Source: an uncultured Spirochaetota bacterium (lineage in GTDB: Bacteria; Spirochaetota; Brevinematia; Brevinematales; JAOACQ01). From it: a stretch of 64,000 bases of DNA. Positions 41,407 through 51,911 of the stretch are shown here, piece by piece (positions within the stretch are counted from its first letter, which is position 1; each line of letters begins with the position of its first letter). The position numbers and the translations under genes are program-made. The stretch lies in NCBI GenBank assembly GCA_963783575.1, contig CAWAOD010000006.1:64001-128000 (forward strand). The letters run 5' to 3'. Below the pieces are notes generated by a model. It was not told the origin of the DNA and did not search any database. It worked only from the letters and a program-made list of their open reading frames with translations.

Positions 41407-42028
41407 AATAAATTTTATATTTTTTAAGAAACTGATCGGCAGTTTTACGTGTTTTAGGGCTTCCGCTTTCAAGACCTTTTTTCACGAAACGTGCGATTTC
41501 TTCCTTATTTAGAGCCTTAGGATATAATTTTTCAAAAGCCTCAATAACATAAGCCTTGATAAGGTTCTTACGGCTTTGAGTTTGATTTGTTTTTTCAATT
41601 TCCAGCAGTGCCCCGATTATATCCGGTATAAGCCCGGGCTTAAATTCTGCGATAACTGCGGCGTTTATTGCTATATGTGACGCCACCATAACCGAACCGC
41701 AGTCAAGCTGCGCGAAGTAATCCTGGAAATCCCTTTCGAATTTATTTTCCCGGTCAATTTTTGTAAGATTTGCTATGACATAAAGCGCCGCGTATTGCGA
41801 AAAACCATTATCGCTTTTAAGATAATCCATAAAAATTTCCCATTTGCCGTATAAAAGTTCCGGGTTCTTAATACTTAATTCAATTAAAAGCGGGATGAAC
41901 AGTTCCCTCTCTTCCATTTTCTTCTTTTCCGGGGATATCCCGTCAATTGCTTCCATTAAATAGCTTCCATCGGAAATAGCCTTTTTATAAATAACAGGAT
42001 CTATTTTAACCTCTCTGCTTCCGCTCAT
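41405..42028 (-). CDS. Hypothetical HEAT/armadillo-like helical protein
   Basis: 207-aa ORF with GGAGG SD; helical pattern. Confidence 0.6.
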   Translation of the reverse strand: MSGSREVKIDPVIYKKAISDGSYLMEAIDGISPEKKKMEERELFIPLLIELSIKNPELLYGKWEIFMDYLKSDNGFSQYAALYVIANLTKIDRENKFERDFQDYFAQLDCGSVMVASHIAINAAVIAEFKPGLIPDIIGALLEIEKTNQTQSRKNLIKAYVIEAFEKLYPKALNKEEIARFVKKGLESGSPKTRKTADQFLKKYKIY

Positions 42029-42062
42029 TATCCCTCCTTTTATTTTTATTAAGAACTGGATA

Positions 42063-42098
42063 ATTATAACATGATATTCCTGACAACGATGTGTCAGG
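42063..42098 (-). promoter_or_regulatory. CTGACA-N6-TGTCAG palindrome plus extended -10 promoter
   Basis: CCTGACAacgatgTGTCAGG (42079-98); minus-strand TGtTATAAT, with TATAAT 11 nt from the core palindrome. Confidence 0.65.
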
Positions 42099-42169
42099 GA
42101 ATAAATTTTTATTGAATAATTTTATAATAATAATTATAATTATTCTTCAATTCAAAATGGAGGCCTGTT

Positions 42170-42217
42170 ATGGCGAAGATAGCATTAAATTCCGGAAAGG
42201 GATTTTATCTGTCCTGA
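42170..42217 (+). CDS. Putative leader peptide MAKIALNSGKGFYLS
   Basis: GGAGG 6 nt before the ATG; its 3' half pairs with 42302-42343. Confidence 0.5.
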   Translation: MAKIALNSGKGFYLS

Positions 42218-42460
42218 CCGTTTGACAGTCTTTTTGAATCTGGATAATTTGACTATAGTAAATTTTTTGATTGATTTATCAAGGTTTTTAACCTTTTCCA
42301 AACTGTCATTTAATTTCATTTCAGGAAAACATCCCTTACCGGAGATAATCTAATTTATATATTCAGGTTACATCGGCATTTCATTTCAATCTGCCGTTGT
42401 ATTATTTGTTTGTCTTTCAGCTTTTTCAGGCTGAAATCTAATATTTAAGGAGCAAAAATA

Positions 42461-43537
42461 ATGGAAATAAAAAAACTTGGCTGGGATGATTATTTTGAAA
42501 AAGCTTTTCAAAACTTAAAAACTTAAGATTGTATACCCGGGAGAATTATCTGCTGTAATCGCGGGTTATATCGTATTTCGGCCGAAGACGGGGAATTCCT
42601 TGGAGCCGTTTCCGGAAAATTCAGGAATGATGTAAACACAGGCCTTGATCTTCCTGTGACCGGGGATTGGGCCGCTGTTCGGAAAATACCGGATATGGAT
42701 AGGGCTGTCATTAAAGCAATTTTACCGAGAAAAACCTGTTTTTACAGGGAAAACGCGGGCCTAAAACCCGGCGAACAGGCTGTTTCCGCAAATATCGATT
42801 ATTTATTTATTGTAATGTCTCTTGACCTTGATTTCAATTTAAACAGGCTGGAGAGATATCTTGTGCTGGGATGGAACAGCGGCGCAAATCCGGTAATTGT
42901 TCTGTCAAAATCCGATCAATGCGGTGATATTGAAATTAAAAAAGTGACGGTGGAATCCGCTGCGCCTGGCATACCTGTTGTAACTGTGAGCGCTTTTACC
43001 GGTGGAGGGCTGGAAGAACTTTTTCCTTATTTAAAGCCCGGTAAGACAATCGCTCTGGCAGGCTCCTCAGGTGTTGGTAAATCAACAATTATTAACAGTT
43101 TGATAGGCGCTGAGGTCCAAACCACGCTGCCCGTCCGCGGGAATGACTGCCGCGGCAGGCATGCGACAACCGGTAGGGAATTGTTCATACTGCCCAATGG
43201 AGCTATTATTATAGATAATCCTGGTATGCGGGAAATTGGGTTAACGGGAAACGATTCCATTCTTACGAGAACATTTAAAGATATATACATTATAGCAGGT
43301 TCATGCCGTTTCCGCGACTGTTCGCATCGGGAAGAACCCGGCTGTGCAGTCCGGGAAGCATTGAAAAACGAGGAGCTAAGTTCAACCCATTATAACAATT
43401 TTCTGAAATTATTAAAAGAGGTCCGATACCAGGAATCCAGGACTGACGCTGAACTACGCCGGGAGATAAAGGAAAAATGGAAAAATATATCAAAATATGC
43501 CAAAAGCATAAAAAAAAATTACTTACAGGAGAAATAA
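42461..43537 (+). pseudogene. rsgA: Ribosome small-subunit-dependent GTPase RsgA paralog with an in-frame TAA at codon 22
   Basis: AAGGAG plus ATG 42461 (MEIKKLGW), TAA at 42524-26, then the frame continues: LPVTGDW, SKSD, GSSGVGKST, GRHATT, DNPGMRE, CRFRDCSHREEPGC. Confidence 0.8.
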
Positions 43538-43538
43538 T

Positions 43539-44810
43539 ATGAGTAACAAAATTTTGAAATACAAAATTAGTGGAAATCTGAAATTAAACTATCCCCATAA
43601 TAAAAATGATGTTGCCAGGCTTGCCGAATTTAACGGCAGTATTCATGGGGAGGGAATATCTGACTTGACGCATCGTTTAATGGAAAAGCATCCGTCGTGC
43701 AGGAGGGAATATTTTATTTATCTTGAAGATACCCTGGAAAACAGGATTGTTTCATCATTATGTCTGATCCCTTGGGAATTGAACTACTGCGGTATTAAAT
43801 TAAAAACGGCTGAAATGGGAATTGTCGGGACAAGCCCCGATTACCGCGGCCTTGGTTTGTGCGGTTTATTGACAGAGAAATTTGATGAACTGGTTGTGGA
43901 AAACGGATTTGATCTTTCGCTTATAAAAGGCATTCCCAATTTTTACAGGCGTTTCGGGTATGAATATGCTATTCCGCTTGATAATGATAACCGGCTTGAA
44001 CCGGATGCGGTTCCAATTCCAGGCGATTATTCCGAATACAGGTTTGTCCCGGCGAATATGAGTGATATTCCTTATATAATTGAAGCAGAATCGCAGGAAT
44101 TGAAATCCTATGGAATTTCTGCGATCAGGGATGAATCCGTATGGAATTATTTATTCGATCAATCTGTGCAGAGTGAAACGGCGATTGACAGATGGATAGT
44201 TTACAAAAAAAATGAAAGAAAGGGTTATTTTGGAATTGCCAGGCAAGGTCTTTTCGATGGGTTAATCCTGTCAGAAGGAGCAATTTCCGGTTTACAGGAC
44301 ATAACGGCAGCTCTTGCTAAAATTAAAGAGATCTGTATTGAACGGAAGAAACCTTATATCCGTCTTGATCTGCCAGTTAATAATCCAATAGTGATTACCG
44401 CGATTCGGTACAATTGCAAAATAAAAATCCGGTATGCCTGCCAGATAAAAATTTATGGATTTTACCGCTTTCTTCAAAAAATAAAACCGGTTCTTGAAGA
44501 TCGTGTTTCGAAAGGGATTTTTGCAGGATTGACCGGTTCCAAAATTATCAACCTGTATGGGGAAACTATCGGGATTGAGTTTTCAAACGGTAGAATCGCT
44601 GAAATTTCAGAGGAGAAGGGGATTCCATATAATCCGGGCATTACTGGCGTTTACATTCCGCCGGGACAGTTCATGCAGATGATTATGGGCTACAAATCAC
44701 CGGAGGAGGTAAGCTCCTTTTATCCCGATTTTCAAGCCGGTGATGAGGAAAAGGCTTTGCTTGCGGTTTTGTTCCCGAAGATGGACGGATATATATATTC
44801 AATATATTAA
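43539..44810 (+). CDS. Eis-like multi-domain GNAT acetyltransferase
   Basis: VGTSPDYRGLGL, GIPNFYRRFGYE; SCP-like C-terminus ending LAVLFP. Confidence 0.75.
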   Translation: MSNKILKYKISGNLKLNYPHNKNDVARLAEFNGSIHGEGISDLTHRLMEKHPSCRREYFIYLEDTLENRIVSSLCLIPWELNYCGIKLKTAEMGIVGTSPDYRGLGLCGLLTEKFDELVVENGFDLSLIKGIPNFYRRFGYEYAIPLDNDNRLEPDAVPIPGDYSEYRFVPANMSDIPYIIEAESQELKSYGISAIRDESVWNYLFDQSVQSETAIDRWIVYKKNERKGYFGIARQGLFDGLILSEGAISGLQDITAALAKIKEICIERKKPYIRLDLPVNNPIVITAIRYNCKIKIRYACQIKIYGFYRFLQKIKPVLEDRVSKGIFAGLTGSKIINLYGETIGIEFSNGRIAEISEEKGIPYNPGITGVYIPPGQFMQMIMGYKSPEEVSSFYPDFQAGDEEKALLAVLFPKMDGYIYSIY

Positions 44811-44943
44811 AGACTAAAAAATTTATTTAACAAGCGTGTTCCTCTGGTTGGCAGCGTGCTTTTAAAACTCAGGAAACCTGCTGCCAATTTTATTATAGTC
44901 AGCCAAAATTAAGTTTTTTAATTTATTCTTTATTCTTCCATAA

Positions 44944-46321
44944 TTATCTCAAGAAAAGTTTTAAAATCCATAGCTTCCTTTTTGCCGGAGGGTAACGGAA
45001 AGGGAAATCAATAATAAAGGAATTCCTGTAGATGGCTTTTAAATGGCTTAAGCTGTTGAATCCGGCCAAGCCATGACATGATCCCATACCGCTATTGCCA
45101 ATGCCTCCGAAAGGAAGGTAGGGATTTCCGAAGTGCGCCTGTGTATCGTTTATAGAACAGCCGCCGGAAGATGTACCGTTTATAATTTGTTTTTGTTTTT
45201 GCCGGTTGTTCGAGAAAAAATAAAGCGCCAGCGGATTAGGACGGCTGTTAATAAAAAGGATGGCCTCGTCCAGGGCATTGTAATCAATTACCGGCAGGAT
45301 CGGTCCGAAAATCTCCTCCTGCATAACCGGATCATCCACTGAAATTTCATCTAAAATCGTAGGAGCTATATACCGGCTTTCACTATCGAACTTACCTCCT
45401 GTAACTGTTCTGCCTTTCTTTAATAATCCGGCAAGTCTTTCCATATGCTTATCATTTATTATCCTAGAATAATCAGGACTTTTCTCCGGATCATCCCCGT
45501 AAAAATGCTTTAAGTATTCTTTCATTTTTATAACAAGATCCTGTTTTATGCTTTTATCGACCAGCAGATAATCCGGAGCGACACAGGTCTTGGCCGGCAT
45601 TAAGAAATTTTCCCCAGACAATCCTTTTTGCCGTAAGATCAATATTCGCTTCACTGTCAACAATAGCCGGGCTTTTTCCGCCAAGCTCAAGAAGAACCGG
45701 TGTAAGGTTTCTTGAGGCGGCTTCCATAACTTCCTTTCCGACATCCGGGCTGCCTGTAAAAACTATAAAATCGAATTTTTCCCGGAGCAGTTGTTGATTT
45801 ACATCGGAGCCGCCCTGGAAAACAGAGATATATTCCTGGCTGAAATATTCACCTATCATATCATTAATTACCTTCGAAACCGCCGGTGAATATCTGGAAA
45901 GCTTTAATGCGGCGCAGTTTCCGGCTGAAAGGACGCTAACAAGCGGTGATAATGCCAGCATGAAAGGATAATTCCATGGCGATATAACAAGTACGATTCC
46001 ATGGGGTTCGGGATAAACCAGGCTTTTACCCGGGAATAAAAAAATCGGTGTATAAGCTTTTCTGGGTTTTGACCATGAACTTAAATGCCGGATGTGAACA
46101 CTGATTTCATTTAATACAAGCCCTATCTCGGTAGCGTATGACTCGAAATGCGACTTGCCGAGATCATCGAACAACGCTTTCGCAATTCTGTCTTCATACC
46201 TTTGAACTGCTTCCTTAAGCCGTTTAAGCATTATCAACCTGTATGAAATTTCTTTTGTCCGGCCGCTTTTAAAAAACTCCCTTTGTTTATTAATAATCTC
46301 TTTGATATTTGCATCATTCAT
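44944..46321 (-). pseudogene. Aldehyde dehydrogenase (class 3-like), +1 frameshift at ~45590
   Basis: PWNYP, FTGS, LELGGK, GKFLNAGQ/TCVAPDY (extra A in GGCCAAGACC), EEIFGP, PFGGIGNSG. Confidence 0.85.
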
Positions 46322-46451
46322 AAAAGAGCCTCCGGTAATTCTTTAAAAATAATTCAAAAATTTAAAAAAAGGTTATATTATTATATAATTAATTATAATA
46401 AAGATAAATTTGTTTATCCATAAAATAAATATAAATTTAAAAGGATATGAT

Positions 46452-47336
46452 ATGAAATTTGATGATAAGATTGAAAAGGTGACCCGATATCTGAATAATA
46501 TTTTAAAAAAGGAAAGCTCATATTCTGGATACCTTCTTGATGCGATGAAATATAGCCTGAATATAGGCGGGAAAAGGATTCGTCCGTTATTAACTATTTT
46601 ATCATATGAAATATTCAGAAGCGATATTGAACGGATCATACCTGTTGCGGCGGCTATCGAAATGATCCATACATATTCCCTCATTCATGACGACCTCCCG
46701 GCGATGGATAACGATGATCTCAGGAGAGGCAAACCCTCAAACCATAAAGTTTTTGGAGAAGGTATGGCGATCCTGGCCGGAGACGGCCTATTAACCCTTG
46801 CTTTTGAAGTGATGGGAAACGCCGTAAAGGATTACGGCCTACCTATGGGAATTCTGACTCTTATTGCCAGGAAAAGCGGCCCTTTTGGAATGGTCGGCGG
46901 GCAGGCATGCGACTTAACATCGGATGTTAAATCAATAAATAGCGCTGATAAAAGTAGTTTTGAGCTTCTGGAATTTATCCATCTTCATAAAACCGCGGAT
47001 TTAATTTGCGCCAGTGTGGTTTCGGGCGCTTTGGGGGGCGGAGCCGAGAGTGAAGATATAAAAAGTCTGGGAAATTTTGCCGAAAAAATCGGTCTCTCCT
47101 TCCAAATAACCGATGATATTCTTGATGAAACCGGAAGTTCTGAAAAACTGGGGAAATCTGCGGGAAAGGATAAAAAACAGAACAAACTTACTTATTCATC
47201 CTTATACGGAATTGAAAAATCAAGAGAGAAAGCTGAGATCCTTTTAAATGAAGCCCTGCGGGAAATTGAAAGCTTCTCTGAAAAAGCTGCAAACCTTTCC
47301 GAGGTTGCAAAAATTATCATTCAACGTGATTTTTAA
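46452..47336 (+). CDS. ispA: Farnesyl/geranylgeranyl diphosphate synthase
   Basis: GGKRIRP, SLIHDDLPAMDNDDLRRG, GQACD, KTA, FQITDDILD, GKD. Confidence 0.9.
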   Translation: MKFDDKIEKVTRYLNNILKKESSYSGYLLDAMKYSLNIGGKRIRPLLTILSYEIFRSDIERIIPVAAAIEMIHTYSLIHDDLPAMDNDDLRRGKPSNHKVFGEGMAILAGDGLLTLAFEVMGNAVKDYGLPMGILTLIARKSGPFGMVGGQACDLTSDVKSINSADKSSFELLEFIHLHKTADLICASVVSGALGGGAESEDIKSLGNFAEKIGLSFQITDDILDETGSSEKLGKSAGKDKKQNKLTYSSLYGIEKSREKAEILLNEALREIESFSEKAANLSEVAKIIIQRDF

Positions 47337-47414
47337 CTGGATTTGCAATATTTTTGCAAATGTAGGATAATAAACCGGCGGGTGTTGGCTGCTAACTTAA
47401 GCAGGCAGGTAATT

Positions 47415-47820
47415 ATGAAAGGAAATATGATTCTGGATGCGCTTGTTTTATATGTTGAAGATGGACGATATGACCAGGGATGAAACTGTAAAATTCCTGA
47501 AATACTGGATTAAGAAAATTGACTGTGCAAAAAATGGAAAAGAAGGACTGAATCTTTACTTAGAAAAAAAACATGATATAATAATTACGGATATCAAAAT
47601 GCCGGTTATGAACGGTATAGAAATGTCATATGAAATAAAGCAAAATAACAGTAATACACCCATAATCATTACTTCCGCTTATAACGACTCGGATTTTATT
47701 GATAAATGTACAAAAATAGGCATTGATCAATTTATTTTAAAGCCCGTCAATTTCTTAATCTTAATTGAATCTATCCGGAAATGTATGGATAATATAGTTA
47801 AGGAAAAATATAATTCATGA
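47415..47820 (+). pseudogene. Single-domain response regulator, +1 frameshift at ~47463
   Basis: LVLYVED from ATG 47415 joins DDMTRD...DIIITDIKMPVMNG...TSA...KP if one G is removed. Confidence 0.75.
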
Positions 47821-47844
47821 AATTAAAAGTCATGGGGTGTTGGC

Positions 47845-48936
47845 ATGGATAACTTGATATATTATACCGGATTGAGCTGGAATAAATTTATAGGACCGAA
47901 AAGATACTCAAAAATCAGAAACGCATTTGACTCATTAAGTGAGTTTTTTATTTTATCTCCTGAAGAACAATTAGGCTTTCTTGGCATAAAACAGGAAGAC
48001 GCATTAAATATTTTTAAAAATATGATGGCAAACGGCGAAAGAATATTAAGTTTCTGCAGGAAGAATTCGATTATGCTTCTTACGATGGAAGACCCGGCAT
48101 ATCCCCCAAGGCTAAAAGAAATACCCGATCCTCCGTTTCTGCTTTATAAGCTTGGCGATCTTAATTATTCAATGCATATGGTCGCTGTAGTCGGAACAAG
48201 GGACCCAACGCCTGAAGCCAAAACGGTCAATGAGTTTTTCGTTAAAGAAATGGTAAGCTATAATATCGGCATCGTCAGCGGTCTAGCTATGGGTCATGAC
48301 GCGATTGCCCAAAAAACCGTCATAGATTTCGGCGGTTACACAATAGCTGTTCTCGGCTGCGGAGTTGACCGTGCATACCCTGCGCAAATGAAAGATCTTT
48401 ATAATTCAATAAAGATTAATGGTGCAATCATATCCGAATACCCTCCCGGTTCAATACCACTAAAAGGGAATTTTCCTTTAAGGAACCGCATCATCAGTGG
48501 TTTATCCGATGCGGTGCTTGTCATTCAGGCGCCGGAAAGATCCGGGGCATTGATTACCGCAAAGTATGCGGAAGTCCAGGGCAGGGAACTATATTCAATA
48601 CCGGGCAATCCATCCGATCTTCATAATACTGGCTCGAACCACCTCATAAGGAATGGAGCAAAAATAGCCTGCCACCCGGAAGATATAATATTTGATGTTT
48701 TAGGCGGAAAAGCCAGGAAAATTTCTGCAACGAGCATAGATAGCAGCCCTTCATACAGCCAGGATGAAAAAAAAGTTCTTGAGTCTATTGAGGTGGAAAC
48801 CTGCATTGACGAGATTGCCGGGTTAACTGGTATTTCCGTACAGAATCTCTATCATATTTTGACAACGCTTGAAATCAGGGGTATTGTGACCCAATACCCC
48901 GGCAATTTTTATGTTAAAAACAAGACTATTTGTTAG
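47845..48936 (+). CDS. dprA: DNA-processing protein DprA
   Basis: YPPRLKEIPDPP, AVVGTR, VSGLAMG, FPLRNRIISGLS, SGALITA; C-terminal winged helix. Confidence 0.95.
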   Translation: MDNLIYYTGLSWNKFIGPKRYSKIRNAFDSLSEFFILSPEEQLGFLGIKQEDALNIFKNMMANGERILSFCRKNSIMLLTMEDPAYPPRLKEIPDPPFLLYKLGDLNYSMHMVAVVGTRDPTPEAKTVNEFFVKEMVSYNIGIVSGLAMGHDAIAQKTVIDFGGYTIAVLGCGVDRAYPAQMKDLYNSIKINGAIISEYPPGSIPLKGNFPLRNRIISGLSDAVLVIQAPERSGALITAKYAEVQGRELYSIPGNPSDLHNTGSNHLIRNGAKIACHPEDIIFDVLGGKARKISATSIDSSPSYSQDEKKVLESIEVETCIDEIAGLTGISVQNLYHILTTLEIRGIVTQYPGNFYVKNKTIC

Positions 48937-50716
48937 CCATAGATTCGGCGAGCTTAATACCCAATTCTTCAAGCTGTTTTTGAACTACTTCGGAAGGTGT
49001 GTCGCACATCATATCGGTACCTTTTTGAGTCTTCGGGAAGGCAATAACGTCGCGTATATTTGACAGTCCCTGGAATTCCATTACCATCCTGTCAAGGCCG
49101 AAAGCCAGCCCGCCATGGGGCGGAGCGCCGAATGTCAAAGCGTCCAGAAGGAATCCGAATTTTATTTTTGCGTCCTCATCCGTCATTTTTATAAGACTGA
49201 ATATTTTTTTCTGAACTTCCTGGCTGTGTATTCTGATACTGCCCCCTCCAAGCTCGATCCCGTTCAATACAAGATCATAGGCATCCGAACGGACTTCCCC
49301 GGGATTTTTATCCAGAAGTTCCATGTCCTCGGTTTTTGGAGATGTAAACGGGTGATGTACAGCGTCATAACGGTTCTCTTCTTCATTCCATTCGAAAAGT
49401 GGAAAATCAACAACCCAGACGAACCTGAAGTTCGATTTGTCCCTGAGCCCGAAACGCTCACCTAAATTCAGCCTTAAATTTGAAATCGAATCATAGACGA
49501 TCTTTTTATTAACATCGCCGATGAATAACAGTGTGTAATCTTCTTTAGCCTGTGTTGATGCGATTAATTTATTCTGAATTTCCTCAGAAAAATACTTAAC
49601 AATATTTGATTCGAGTTTTCCTGCTTTAACCCGCATCCATGCCATTCCTTTGGAGCCGTATTTTCCGACAAAAGCTATCAGATCGTCTAGGTCTTTCCTT
49701 GAAAGGCGGCTTCCTTCCGGTACAGGCAGGCATTTTATCATACCGCCGCTTTTAGCCACATTTTTAAAGACCGAGAAATCGCTGTTTTTTACAATATCTG
49801 TTACGTCGGTAATTTCCATGGCGAAACGGAGATCGGGCCGGTCCGTTGCGTATTTGTCAATAGCTTCTTTATAAGTCATGCGGTTAATGGGAAGATTTAC
49901 TTTAATACCATAGTTTTCATCAAGAACTTTCGCAATCATTTTTTCCATTATGCCTATTATATCGTCCATTGTTATAAATGACATTTCAACATCGATTTGG
50001 GTGAATTCAGGCTGCCTGTCCGCGCGCAGGTCTTCGTCACGGAAACATTTGGCTATCTGGTAATACCTGTCGACCCCTCCAACCATTAAAAGCTGTTTGA
50101 ACAGCTGCGGCGATTGCGGAAGCGCGTAGAACTTTCCATGTGAAAGCCGCGACGGTACAAGAAAGTCCCTTGCCCCCTCCGGTGTTGATTTATTAAGGAT
50201 AGGGGTTTCTATTTCCAGGAATCCGTTTGAGTCAAGAAAGTTCCTTACGGTATTTGTAATTTTATGCCTCATATAGAGGTTATTATACATTTCAGGCCGT
50301 CTGAAATCCAGGTAGCGGAATTTAAGCCTGACTTCCTCATTAATATCTTCCTGATCGATCTGAAAAGGCGGGGTTTTTGATTTGTTTAAAATTTCAATAG
50401 TATCGATCTTTACTTCAAATCTGCCTGTTGGAATTTTTGGATTTATATTTTCCTGTGTTCTTAAAAGAACGGTTCCCGATGCTGAAATAACATCTTCGCT
50501 TCTTGCCTTTTTAGCCGTTTCATGAGCCTTCGGGTTGGCCTGGGGATCAAATACGAGCTGAATTATACCTGTTTTATCCCTGACATCAAGAAAAGTTAAG
50601 TCTCCATGATCCCTGTAATTATGTACCCATCCGTTGACGGTTAATCTCTTCCCAACCAGTTCATCCCTGCTGACCTCACCGCAATAAAGCGACCTCTGCA
50701 AAGCTTTGGTAAACAT
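48926..50716 (-). CDS. aspS: Aspartate-tRNA ligase (RDHG motif suggests non-discriminating type)
   Basis: RLKFRYLDFRR, TPEGARDF, LPQSPQLFKQ, FRDEDLRADRQPEF, GAPPHGGLAFGLDR. Start at ATG 50716 after GGAGG. Confidence 0.97.
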   Translation of the reverse strand: MFTKALQRSLYCGEVSRDELVGKRLTVNGWVHNYRDHGDLTFLDVRDKTGIIQLVFDPQANPKAHETAKKARSEDVISASGTVLLRTQENINPKIPTGRFEVKIDTIEILNKSKTPPFQIDQEDINEEVRLKFRYLDFRRPEMYNNLYMRHKITNTVRNFLDSNGFLEIETPILNKSTPEGARDFLVPSRLSHGKFYALPQSPQLFKQLLMVGGVDRYYQIAKCFRDEDLRADRQPEFTQIDVEMSFITMDDIIGIMEKMIAKVLDENYGIKVNLPINRMTYKEAIDKYATDRPDLRFAMEITDVTDIVKNSDFSVFKNVAKSGGMIKCLPVPEGSRLSRKDLDDLIAFVGKYGSKGMAWMRVKAGKLESNIVKYFSEEIQNKLIASTQAKEDYTLLFIGDVNKKIVYDSISNLRLNLGERFGLRDKSNFRFVWVVDFPLFEWNEEENRYDAVHHPFTSPKTEDMELLDKNPGEVRSDAYDLVLNGIELGGGSIRIHSQEVQKKIFSLIKMTDEDAKIKFGFLLDALTFGAPPHGGLAFGLDRMVMEFQGLSNIRDVIAFPKTQKGTDMMCDTPSEVVQKQLEELGIKLAESMANK

Positions 50717-50795
50717 AATTCCTCCGGGCAATACAATATTAGTCATATATTTTAAAGAATTAATGAAAATATCTCAAGGAATGCCTCCCGATCGA

Positions 50796-50858
50796 TTTAA
50801 AAATTGAAAATTTAAAAAATTGAAAATTTAAAAAATTGAAAATTTAAAAAATTGAAAA
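50796..50858. repeat. 16-bp tandem repeat x4
   Basis: TTTAAAAAATTGAAAA units (first copy 15 bp) in the divergent aspS/SPOR intergenic region. Confidence 0.85.
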
Positions 50859-50984
50859 TTTTATAGATTGGTAATTTTAACTTAACATTTTTTTTAATCT
50901 TCCGAAAATCTAATAACTTTCTTTTTATGATCTTGAAATTTGAAAGTAATAATTAATTGGAATAGTCTGAAAATGGAGGAAATT

Positions 50985-51899
50985 ATGAGCGAAACGGAAT
51001 TTATTGATTTATTTCCGAATTCAAATGCAACTTCTAAAGAAGCGGCTTCTGATACCCCGGAATACAATCTGGATGAAGAAGTATTTAATCCGGGCAGAAG
51101 TAAGATAAACGATTATAAACATTCAAGTAAAACAATACAGCATGGAGCAGGTTCCGGTGGAAATAATTTTTACGGCTCACAGCCTCCATCTTCAGAAAAT
51201 AAGAAGTACCTGAATGTAAGCGATGAAAGAATCGTATGGGCCGGAGCTATTTTTGTGTTTTTCGGGGTCTTTGTTTTTCTTGTGGGATATTGGCTTGGTA
51301 AAACTTCGATTAAAGATATAAGTTTAATAAATAAGCAATACCAGCAAAAGGTTGAAGAAAAACTGGATCAGAAGAAACTTGAGAATAATATGATTCTGAG
51401 CGCTCCCGTTACCGGAGAGTCGCCAAAAATAGAAAATGTGCCTGCTCCTTCGGAAAACGACAATAAACTTAACGAAAGCAAACAGCTTGTTTCTTCTCCG
51501 GCAGTCAGCCCTTTAAATACGGCAAACCTTCCAAAAGAAAATGTTCTTACGGCCCCTCAGATTCAGGGTGCAAAATCAGTGGAGAAGAATATCAAGCTTC
51601 ATACCGCTTCTGCTAAAAAGGGCGAAGTCAAATTAAAAACTGAAAAGCCGGGAATAAATGGAGCTGATTATGCGATACAGGTTTCGGCATATACGGCTAT
51701 GGATAAAGCGCGCTCACTTGAAGATATTTTGAGGAAAAAGGGTTTTCAATCCTATCTTGTTGAAGCCGATGTAAACGGTGTAACATATTACAGAGTCCGC
51801 GTCGGGAAATTTTCAGGGAAGGAAGATGCGCTGGCCGCTTTGACTAAAATAAAGGCTTCCGAAATGGGGAAAAACAGCTTTTTAATGAATTTAAAATAA
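50985..51899 (+). CDS. SPOR-domain membrane protein (FtsN/DedD-like)
   Basis: Single TM helix, Pro-rich linker, YAIQVSAY...YYRVRVGKF. Confidence 0.85.
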   Translation: MSETEFIDLFPNSNATSKEAASDTPEYNLDEEVFNPGRSKINDYKHSSKTIQHGAGSGGNNFYGSQPPSSENKKYLNVSDERIVWAGAIFVFFGVFVFLVGYWLGKTSIKDISLINKQYQQKVEEKLDQKKLENNMILSAPVTGESPKIENVPAPSENDNKLNESKQLVSSPAVSPLNTANLPKENVLTAPQIQGAKSVEKNIKLHTASAKKGEVKLKTEKPGINGADYAIQVSAYTAMDKARSLEDILRKKGFQSYLVEADVNGVTYYRVRVGKFSGKEDALAALTKIKASEMGKNSFLMNLK

Positions 51900-51911
51900 G
51901 CGACATAATTT

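Noticed and set aside
41284..41512. Short ORFs 41284..41472 and 41300..41512 (also 35911-36265)
   Set aside because: They overlap the structured element or REP repeats and a real gene, and lack protein-like features.
42524..42526. Stop-codon reassignment
   Set aside because: TAA ends most genes in the window; this is an isolated case.
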